A DNA stretch of 64,000 bases from Chrysomallon squamiferum (Eukaryota; Animalia; Mollusca): positions 37,262,001 to 37,326,000 of the forward strand of contig CM022670.1 of NCBI GenBank assembly GCA_012295275.1, read 5' to 3'. The translations under genes and the position numbers were made by a program. The notes below the pieces were generated by a model that had not been told where the DNA came from, did no database searches, and saw only the letters and a list, made by a program, of their open reading frames with translations. Shown piece by piece: positions 15,601-30,902 of the stretch (position 1 is its first letter; every line of letters starts with the position of its first letter).

Positions 15601-16245
15601 AAAACTAATTGCAATCAGCAGGGCTGCCAAGAGAATTTTTTTTTCAAAATACTAATAAAAAGAAGTAAGTGTGGTGCGATAAGTTTAGTGATGTTTGAGT
15701 ATGTGAATGTAAGCGTGTGTCGGGCTGAGGGTAATAGAAAGTGCTTGTTTTTGAGGAGATGTGGATGTTGCATGGTTTCTGTGGGGCCCTTCTTAGCTCT
15801 TGGGCCCCAGAACAAAGTACCGGCTGGATCCACCCCTTCTCTCAGGACACTGGCAAAAAGTTCCTCGTTAATCTGCTGTTTTGTAATAAAAACGTACACA
15901 CTAATGCTCAACACTGGATTATGTACAATGACCTGACAAGAGTTCACTGAAATTTGTTTACTGCCATTTTGCTTGATTGACCATTTTCGGCCGGAACTGG
16001 GTGACACAGATTGGCATGTTTTGAAAATAAAAGTATTAACTGGACGTGTACAGGTGCTTAACAGGTGCTTAACGAAATGAAAGGCGGATTATCGTGTAAA
16101 GCTGCTTTAGCTAATCGTGTTACGTGTTTCGCGATATTTTACAGTCTACGTTTTTAGGGATTAAAGTTCAAGTGTAGATTCGTTTGTAAATGAAGGAATT
16201 ACTAATAATTATATGTGTACATAATTATAATTATATTAATATTAT

Positions 16246-16306
<61 letters not shown>

Positions 16307-17440
16307 TCATTTGGTTTCATATGTTATCCTTGTTTAATCTTATCTTCTTTTTATAATTATATTATGGTTGTGTTGTTGTTATTAATAGTAGCAATAGCAT
16401 AGCAATAGCATAAACAGACGCAGTAGTAATAATAATATATATAATTATAGTAGAAATTATTGAACAACACGAAATTGTACATATTCATACATTCTTTCTC
16501 GCTTTTTACCCACACACAAATAAAGTATCACACTCGAAACTCTGCATACTATTATATGAGATAAAAACAAAAATGAATAAACTCTACTTTTTTTTTTTTT
16601 TCTTTCGCTCCAGGAAACTTCGTTCGGTTGCGATCAAGAACGGCGAAGGACAATTCTGTGCATACGTCTATTGAGTCTGTGGCCAGCTACAAAATTCCCG
16701 CCTTCCTGAACCTGACGTTGATGACTGCTTTCAAGCTCGCCACTGATAAAAACAGCAACGACTACCCACGGCTGGAATATGCTCCAGGTAATATTTTCAT
16801 AGTGGAGAAAATCATCAAAGGAACAGCCCGAGTTAAGCAGCAGTCTAAACTGTTCAAGTCGACCGAACCGGTGACAACAGACGTGTATTACTTGAAATGT
16901 CACGACGAACGTCAAACCTCGTTGCTGGTGCCGCTCTCTCAGAAGGGGGAATTTGCCGAAATTCTCACGAACCCGCAAGACAAGGGGAAGTTGTCGACTA
17001 CGAGCGAAGATATCATAGCTACCCAGAAATACCCGCTCGTTGTCAGATACGTATACGGCGGTTCCAAACCTCGCCTGACCTCTTTTTCGGGACTCTTCAC
17101 TTTGCTCGATTCCTTCCAAGAAACGACCGTGCTGGCATGCAGCCTTCATGGCCCACAGTTTACACTTTTGGAACTGCCCCTCTCAACCCCACTTCAGTTC
17201 GAAGTTGCCGTCAACAACAATGACTTGTTTCATTTGCCTATCGTTAAAAGCGCGATACAAATGTGCAGGTCAAAAGGGAGCATCTTCAAAAAGGATATAA
17301 AGTTTAAGTACAAGTTCGCACAAAGATATTCGGAAACATTTCGTGATAAAAGTGACTGTGACGAAAATGGCGATTTGGATCCTCCCAGTGCACGCAGCAG
17401 TGCCCGTCTAGGGATAACTCAGACGTACATATATTTATGA
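12202..17440 (+). CDS. CABIT-domain protein (Themis/GAREM/Serrano-like), 2 exons, ~383 aa
   Basis: Exon 1 (12202-12526, donor G|gtaaa) joins exon 2 (16614-17440, acceptor ccag|GA) in phase, giving ...IPEDYEG-NFVRLRS.... Motifs WS..YSL..LV..FALPQVV, IPEDYEGNF, YLKC..LLVPLSQKGEF and YPLVVRYVYG match my recollection of CABIT modules. GC content is coding-like relative to the flanks. Confidence 0.75.
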
Positions 17441-18357
17441 AAAAAAAAAAAAAAAAAACATTACGTGCACACACGCACGGACTCTTGTTTTAAAATCAAA
17501 TTATTTAATTAATATTGATGACACTAAAATATCACAAGGTTAACATCACATTCATGTTTGCTAAATTCACAATTGTGTTTGAGACGTTGGACAAATTCCA
17601 CGACTTGAACAACTGTTTTTCAATGGCTGCATTTGTTTTACGCAAATCGTTGATAATGTTGGTGCAGTTTGCGATTACAGTGCATAAGTGTTTGTAACGT
17701 TTTATAATATTTGATTAGAGAATACTAGAGTAATCAGAATATTTCATAATGACTATTAAAATATAAAGATTTATTCTATTATGACACTGAATTGAATATG
17801 ACACTGAATATACATCAAAAATGATAAATATATATTCAAAATAACTACTTAATGCTTCTTTCTTTTTTCGTATACAGACAATAAAGCATCAGATTAGTTA
17901 TATATTTTTTGTCTCATTCACTTGTCAAAACTATAATTAAAAAATAAACAAATTGTATAGTTGATAAGAAGTTTGGTTATTATTTAAAACATTTCTAATT
18001 AGCTGGTATTAATCTACTTAAATTAATCAGAGTATATTTTATTAAAGGAAATTAAATATATCTTTTTATCTATAGCGCATTATCTACTTCAGAACAACAT
18101 TATTTGATGAAAATGATTTAAAAGAACGTAATTAGCCCAGTGGCTTAATAGGTATAGAGATGTTGGATAACAAAGGATATTTTTGGAAATGTAAGCCTAT
18201 GTTCCTGTCTTATTCTTTAAAAAAAACGTATTTTCAAATTATTTGTAAGAACAAGTTAAGAAAAACCAATGAAACACAAAAAAACACGTAGATACCTAAC
18301 AAATATAACTGGATCAAACATAGAGAACACCTGTGCATTCAGTATTCAACGATATTA

Positions 18358-18659
18358 AATTTTCATTAAGTATCATTAAGTATCAAGAAAGTATTTTATG
18401 ATAATAATAGCCCCATCAAAAAGACACAGAAATATACGTCCTAACAAAGAAAACTTATAAATAAATAAACAAATAAATAAATAAAATAAGAATGGCTGAT
18501 AAAATAATTTTCATTAAGTATCATTGTTAAGTATCGAGAAAGTATTTTATGATAATAATAGCCCATCAAAAAGACACAGAAATATACGTCCTAACAAAGA
18601 AAACTTATAAATAAATAAACAAATAAATAAATAAAATAAGAATGGCTGATAAAATAATT
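18358..18659. repeat. Near-identical ~150-bp direct tandem duplication (2 copies)
   Basis: aattttcattaagtatc...gacacagaaatatacgtcctaacaaag...gaatggctgataaaataatt starts at ~18358 and ~18506, with a few small indels and substitutions. Confidence 0.9.
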
Positions 18660-18784
18660 AAAATTACGGTTTTAAACAAAGATCAGACCTCCTCACAAAA
18701 AACAACAACAAATAAACAGTAAAAGAGAAAAAATTTGTTGTGTTGCTTTTGTGCTGTTGAATTTTTTTTATTTTTTATTTTTTT

Positions 18785-18823
<39 letters not shown>

Positions 18824-19854
18824 TTTTAAGTTTACTTTATTGGTGGTATAATAGAGTGGTACCTTGACCTCATATATGAATCAATTTTCCCAAATGAAAT
18901 TAGTTGAAATACCATTAAACCCCCAAAACCGCACCAATTTTTTGTAACCAGTTTTTAAATAAGAAAAATGTATTTATATATTATAACTATTGTAGAAAAA
19001 CAAAATAAAAGAGAATGTAAAGAAATAAACTGATTTTGTAAAGTGTACAGGGTTAGGGTTTCTCCATCTTTTCGTGGACGGAGATACGCAGCTTAGAAAT
19101 TATTTTAACGCCTTTGGCTGAAGTTATAGCCTGTATCGACTCCTTCTGCTTCAGTATGGTACATCTCGTAAAAGTACTAAGCTCGTACTGACTAGACATG
19201 GAAATTTGGCAAAATACTGCACAAACCGTGAACAGCTGTTGCCCGAAATGTAGAACAAACCTCATGATTTATTGCGGTTGCTTACCCCTAAATCATTTTC
19301 GAACGATAATAATAATAATAATTATTATTATTGTTGGTGTTGTTGTTGTTGTTGTTGTTTTTTGGTCCGAGTGTGTGTGTTGGTGTGTGTTTTTGTTGTT
19401 ACAACATATTTTGTTTTGTATATAAATGAGATAAACAATACTTTAATCAAGAGGAAACTTCAGGGGGATAAAAAATTTATTTCTTACAATTTTAATCAAA
19501 CAAGATTATATAATCCAATAGTTTATCGATTCTGGTATGTTTCATTAATGAATACCGGAAATATTATTAAATACTGGCATTTTCTCTCAATGTGTAAAAC
19601 ACTGTAGAATACATCTGCCAGTGTCCCTGTTGTAGCACTATTATATTATGGTCTATGTGAACCGTGTGCAATTCTTCAAAAGCGCCTTTTCATAATGCTA
19701 TTGTGCCCTTTTTGTCGTGGCCCACCCCCACCAGAAAAGCTGGATCCGCCCCCAGTAGGAGTAAGCAAACACAATAAATCGTGATGCTCGGCCTACTTTC
19801 GGTTTCTGAAGTCAAATTACCTATTAGTGTGCATACGTTGCCTGTAAAGGTAAA

Positions 19855-20469
19855 ATGGAGTCAGAACCAACAACCGTTGAGAAGGACAATTATTTTAGCA
19901 AACCCGATAAATTTAGCGATATCCAGCTGGTAGTAGAAGGTAAAACTTTAAATTGCAACAAAATAATTTTGTCGACAGCTTCTCCGGTATTTGAAAGAAT
20001 GTTTTTTGGAGATTTCAAAGAAGACAAACAGAAGTCAATTGAACTTCCGGATAAGAAATACAATGATTTCGTTTCATTTCTGGAATGTATATCTCCTGTG
20101 ACTATCTCAGAAATATCGGATGAAAATTTGGATGCTGTACTTCCATTAGCTGATGAATATCAGGTCTCGGAGCTTAAGAAAAAGTGTGAAAAGTTTATCG
20201 TAAACAGTATGCTTGAAAGTGAAAAGAAAAATAACCCTTACAGTTATTTGACGAAAACTGGAGATGAAGTCAGTCTAATTCACTTTCTAATGCTGGCTGA
20301 ACGATTTGAATTGGTTGAAGCATACAAGACGGCTGTTAACATTTTGAAATATTATGTATGGAAAACTACGAAACCCAGGTTGGAAAAAGCAAACATTTCA
20401 GATAAGACACAATGGGATATTCTGTCTCAAAGAATGACTTTGATTGAAACTGAAAAGCTGTGTTGTTAA
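19855..20469 (+). CDS. BTB/POZ domain protein (BTB-only, BATH-38-like), single exon, 204 aa
   Basis: FSDIQLVVEGKTLNCNKIILSTASPVFERMFFGDFKE...IELPDK...LPLADEYQV.ELKKKCE is a canonical BTB signature; ATG in good context (aaaATGg). Confidence 0.9.
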   Translation: MESEPTTVEKDNYFSKPDKFSDIQLVVEGKTLNCNKIILSTASPVFERMFFGDFKEDKQKSIELPDKKYNDFVSFLECISPVTISEISDENLDAVLPLADEYQVSELKKKCEKFIVNSMLESEKKNNPYSYLTKTGDEVSLIHFLMLAERFELVEAYKTAVNILKYYVWKTTKPRLEKANISDKTQWDILSQRMTLIETEKLCC

Positions 20470-21235
20470 ATAAAATGATCCATTGAAAAACGATGGTGAC
20501 TGCTTGAATTTTTATAATTTTAAAATAATGGTGGACATTAATTCGAAATTTAAGAAAAACAAACAAAAGAAAAACACCAAAAATATGAGGCAGCATTTAT
20601 CAGCGATAGAATGCTGTACAAAACTATATTTCAAATAATATATATATATACTTTATAAACGGAGTTAAAAATAAAAATAAATTTCACATATAACTATGTA
20701 CAGTATTTTCTTTTTCCATTTGTTTTATTTGTTTTTGTTTATTGTTTGTTTTATGGCGGCTTCATATATTTTATACATACATACATACATACATACGTAC
20801 ATACCTATATTATTGTTGTTAAGAAAAGTGACTTAATCAGAAAATAATCCACTCATAACGTATATTCATGAAGAAATCCAGCGTTTTTCTGGAAGATTAC
20901 ACGCATCACTATCATTTTTTAAAAAGTGCAACAGCTTATTATTTTGAAACCCAATCAGATTTGTTTTAAACATAAATTGTAAATAAACAAAATGTTAATA
21001 TTTACTGAATGTCTATGCAGACCATAGATTAAAGGCGTACTACTCGAGCTAAACTGTCAGGAATATTTAAGAAAAGCAGAAATGTTCAGGCATCTGAACA
21101 AAGAAGACAACGTACGAACCTGTGGAAGATCGACGTAGAACTGATTATCTATGCATTCTGTGAATCATGTACTAATTATTGAAAAGAAAAAGAACAAAAT
21201 ATTTTATTTAACAAAGCACAATACACTACGGTTAT

Positions 21236-21243
21236 AGATAGAT

Positions 21244-21310
<67 letters not shown>

Positions 21311-21341
21311 CAGATAGATAGATAGATAGATAGATAGATAG
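21236..21341. repeat. (GATA)n microsatellite just upstream of ATP6V0B
   Basis: Read directly from the sequence. Confidence 0.95.
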
Positions 21342-21466
21342 GCTTGAGTAGGTTCTTCATGTTAACTTTGTGTAGAATGCTCTAGAATAAAAGGAGAAAT
21401 GTACTAACATACTGATCCGGATAATTTAATGCGGAAGGAGAGTGAATTTATATTCTGCATTTCAGC

Positions 21467-25462
<3,996 letters not shown>

Positions 25463-28400
25463 AAAACCAGAAGACTATCAAAGAAAATATCTCTATGAAC
25501 ACTGTTGATATTTTCAAGGCTTGACATATGTTATTATGTAAATGAAACAATTTTATAGCAAGGAACTTGTATTTCAAACTACTTTACATTCCAGTAATAA
25601 TATTTTTAGCAGTTATTTGATTTAAATGTGCAACCATTTTAATGTTAAGAATGAATATATATATATATTTTTTTTTTAAATGGTTGGCATAAAATTTTAA
25701 AATTTAAATAAATTCAGTAATATATTATCAGGCATTTACACAAACATCCAAAATATTGTATTTTTGCATTTGAACAAATAATGCTTAATACTCTAAATTA
25801 CTTCCTGTGTGCTTCTTTAATACTTAAATCAGTATTTGAATTTCCAGGCAGTCATTTTTCTTTTTCTTTTTCTTATCCCATTGAATAATATTATACTGAT
25901 CAGGTGTTTGTAATTCTGATAGCTCTATTTAGATTACAGATGAAAAAAAATACTTTAATTGTTCCTATCACATAAGACATTTCTAAAGATGGTAAGACCT
26001 GCATAGTAAAACAGCATTAGATCATTCATATCTCCGTTCAGCTCTGTAGTGTCAGATTTTTATGTTTCTGTACACTGAACTGAGAAAATATTGTACAGAA
26101 ATGTATCAGAAATTATTGTTATATTATTCTGTCTTTTTCATTTTATTCTTCAAATAATATGGTTTGTTAGGTATTGGTATGGATGGGGATGCTGCTTCAA
26201 TAAACTGGACAAAATGTTACATTGAGTAGAATTCAGATCTAGCAGTTTGAGACATAAATCAGATTGCCCCAAATAAAGTTGTTAACACTTTCAGCATCAA
26301 ATTCTGGTGCAACAGTGGCACTGAAATGGTTAATACAAATTACTACATCTTGTATGCATTCCGTAGATTGGTGTAACACATTACACAAAATAAACTGAAC
26401 AATTATGGACAAATCATGTATGTAATTTTTAGTGTTAAAACTGTAATGTAAAATGTCTTTTAAAATAATAGTATTGTGTTTGTGTGTATGTGTATGTAGA
26501 CGTATAAACCATATAATTGTAAATTAAAATTTAGTGTAGCTATCACTTGAAGATAATGGTAACTGTGCAACATCACTGGAACTTTTTGTGCATTAAACCA
26601 GATACTTGTTACATTTGTATCATTTTGTTATTGATATCAAGTCTTGAAATTATAGTCATGTACGTTATGGTGGTTTCACATATTATTGTCATTCAGAGTA
26701 AACATTTTTATGTATATAGAAGTGTGTTGCAGTTGAAAATGTTTATTAATTTCAGTATATCAAATTTTGTTTTTAGTCAGGTTTTATTGCACTTTATTTG
26801 TGTACTGGCTAACTAAAACCATTAACCAGTTAATTAAGTTATAGGTGGTTATAGTTCAGTTATGGAATAAATTTAGCATTTGCTGTAAGATTTTTTATTT
26901 TAAAAGACAAAAAGACCATATTTATTTCCATGTAATCTCAGAAATGTATTTATCAAGACTAAGAATAGTATTTATATTAAAACATCAAAATTATTGAAAT
27001 TGTAACTAAAATTATGGGCATTTGTTAAGATTTTGTTTTATTATTATTATTATTATTAATTATATATATATATTCTTTAGAAATATTAATTTAAAGTATA
27101 TTAAAATTTGTTACTTAAATTTAGAAACTCAAAAATGTAATTTTGTCTTTTGTTCATTATTTTTATTAATTGTGTTTAGTAATCTGCATACAAACCACAA
27201 ATAAAGATTCCAGATTAAAAATGTTCTTTAATGTTGTTCTCAGTGGATATTATACATCATTTATAAAACTGCACACAATTTGTTTTGATGGAACTGTAAT
27301 AAACATCTTTCCCACATGTAAGTTACTTGCAAAAACCTTAATTAACTGGCTTTGCAAATGTTTTAATGTCATAGAAAACATTTGTAATTGATGTATAGAT
27401 GATCAGAAAAGTAAAACAGCTGTTAGTGAAAACTGATGTTGTTGATTTTATAATTAATTTTATTTAATATGGATAATTAAAATAATGAACATTGTTTTGA
27501 GGTTGATATAAGTGCCACTGCACTTAACATTACACATGAATTATTTTTTTTTTGTGGGATGTTTTCTTCCAATCTTCTTTCTTCTTACTTATCCTTCAGT
27601 CTTTTTTTTTTTTAATTTTTTTTTTCTGTATATTTTTATTGTTTCAATTTAACATTTTTATATTTCAATTCTTCTTCTATTTCCATAATTCTGTCTTGGT
27701 ATTTTTATCTTCTTCTTCTTCAGTCTTTCTGTTATTGCTTAAAGGCTAGTTTGTTTGTTTTTTGTTGGTAGGGTTTCCTATGTTGTTTATTTCTTATTCT
27801 TGTTTTGTTCTGAGCAAAATGAACAAAAGAAATAGAAACAATGTTTTTCAATTTACTTCCCTTAATTTAAAATGAGAAAGTTAATGCTACATGCTAAAGC
27901 AGTGATTAAAAATATTATTATAAACTGATTGATTTGGTTGAAATCACATGAGGTATTTTATATGACTTTGTTTCTTAAAGCATATTTTTCATTAGTGCCA
28001 AACAAATCATAACTACATTCCAAGGAAAACTGTTTGATGTCAATAAAATAACACTTAAGTATTAGAATAAGTGTCTGCTGAAAACTGTTTTTCTCATCAT
28101 TATTTGACCTTTTCTTACTTCTTTATTAAAAAAAAAAAAAGAAGTTTTTCACTTATACTCACAGTTACTGTCCAAGGAATAATTCAGTGAATTAATCCTC
28201 TTTAAGGTTACACTTTATCAGCAAATTATTCAAAGAAAATATTTAGTTAACAATTGCAGAACTGAATTAAGTTTGTTATGACTTACATATCATCCACATA
28301 AGAAAGATATTTTGCTTTAAAAACATAAGAAAAAGTATTTCATAAGAGGACTAACAGAATGAAAGTTGTTGGTACAAAAACTAAGGATAAAAATTAATAT

Positions 28401-28988
28401 TAATAAATAAATCTCTCACAAATTTGTGATAAACTTTCTCTTTGTTCTTTGCGGTACTTGCTGATATATAAATAAATAAATAAATAAATACATGTCTATA
28501 CATGCGCCATTGTGTATATGTGTGTTTGCATAAAAACTGACAAAAGAGCCATAAAGTGCTGTTGATTTGGACTACGGTGTCGGCGAAGACCAACAACCAT
28601 GTAAGTAGTGTTCAACATAATGACGGTTAGTCACTGTAACGTCGATCATCTAACATGTTTGGCAAATCATCTTCCACGAGCTTGCGTAATTTATGTTTAG
28701 TTAAAAACAAAAAATACTGGAAATCTATATAAAAGCTTCTCTCATGGTCAGCTCAATGTTGGATATTTAGAGTTGAATAGAAATAATTTATTCATCCTGG
28801 CTCCCAACGAAATAACCAAGAATGTTGTATACCCTGCTGTCTTTCAGGTTTTTCAAAGTGACTGTGGTAGTTATATATTATAGTTTTTAATATTTATTCC
28901 AATAATTATTTACTCACTAAAATTCGTTTTAGCTTATTCTTAACCTTCAGTTATATGGACCGAAGTTTCAAGTTGTCCTCTTTTAAGC

Positions 28989-29068
<80 letters not shown>

Positions 29069-30902
29069 TTGCAAGATGGTTTGTTCTTGTTGTTTTTCAG
29101 TATTAGTTACTTACTGTTGGTGCGCGCGTTATTATTGAAGGAAAATCGACACAAACTCCAGGATCGCTTAATTTCGACTTGCACACACCGGATGTAAGTA
29201 TACCGGTTTAAGGGATAACCCACCTGTGTGCGATACCTAAAATTAAATGTCAGACATTCTGCGTTAATTGATCCTAATTCCGTGACAGTGTTTTTCTCTG
29301 TAAATTACAATGGGTGACAATGGCACATGTTTGGCGTAGGTAAGTAGATCAGTTAATTAACAAATAAGTAGTTAAATATTAATACAGCAATACGTTTTAT
29401 CCTTTATTTCATATTTACCTCAAGAAATGCTAAGTATAAAAACTGGTAAAACTAGGTCACAATCGATTATTAACAGCCAAACAGGTGGACATAACTTTGA
29501 CGTTTTGGCGCTCATTTTATTACAGATATTCAGAAACATACTGTTGATCATGTAGGCGAGATATGTTTACATAAAACGGAGGAGGGGTTATGCAGAGCGG
29601 GCAGATCTACAAAAGTACAATAAAACTAACGAAGCTTTGAGCTTCAGGGACCCTAAGGCATTTACTTAGACCACAATGCTTAATAATGTTAAATCCTCAT
29701 ATGATAAAACTGTACATGAATATGTTGTTAGAAAAAAGATCATGTTTCACAAAAATGTAGATTTACCATGGATTGAGGGGGTTTTGTTAAAGAAAAATCC
29801 TAAGTTTCATACAGTGTAACGAGTTGAAGTGACTAATCTCTCTATCTGTTTGTAATTTTTAATAAAACATTGCTATATACCACTTATAAATCCATAATAC
29901 AGGGGAAACGTATCAAATGAAATAAACAGTTATGGAGATTTTCAAACTGTTAAGTCTCCAATCACCATCCAAACCTCCAAGATTTCCAGATTGTCAGTGT
30001 AATTATATCGATTTTTAATGTTATTATCATCATCATTATCATCATCATCAAACGGTTTATAAATATCTTGTAAAAATATTGTAAATTCATAGTCGTCGTT
30101 TTCAGAGAGAAAAATGTATGCACAAATGATGATAATAATTTGATAGGGAATTAACACATCAAGAGGAAGGCGATAAGAACAGATTATATCAAATACACTT
30201 TCATACAAGAAAAATATTTTATGAAACTGAAGCCTTAAAAATCATAGACGTTATCTGATAATATTGTTATACCGATTTATTCATGCATTTGAACAGTCAT
30301 AATAAAATTTGTAACCTTTATTTAGTTATTTATATGCTAAGTAATATAAATGCGAATTGGATTACATTTGCTATAATCTGAGGTTTGACCAACATCTCTG
30401 GATCCTTGAAGCTTGAACGGTTATGGAGGCCCATAGCGAGCAGGAACAAGGTCTGGATGACAGGTTTCAAAAATTAAGACACATCTCAGATTTTTATTAA
30501 AATTTTGAAGAAGTTTGGACCAAAATTGTTTCTGGGGCCCCTTTGGGATTAGTAGCCCTGAAGCATAAGCTTCATTAGTTTCATAATAGATCCACCTTTG
30601 GTTATACATGGTTTGAAGAAAGAGTTTCCCGTATCGTTAAATATTACATTGCGCTTTGGTTTATAGCACTGCATCCGTAAATACTTAAATTAAAAAGAGG
30701 AATAAGTATTAAAAAAAAAATTCTTCGTTTTCTAAACCGGTTTGAAAAAAAATAATAATAATAAAATATAAAACACATTTTTAATTTAATATCATTTTTG
30801 TTTTCTATTTTGAAGACGAACACTTTTGTTTTGTTTTGTTTTGAAGACGAGTTCGGACAACAGATACCAAGTGAAGATCACCACGAAAAAGGCGCCTCCA
30901 AA

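Noticed and set aside
16634-17223. 171-aa antisense and 108-aa alternative-frame ORFs inside the CABIT exon
   Set aside because: Shadow ORFs expected in GC-richer coding sequence, with no recognisable motifs.
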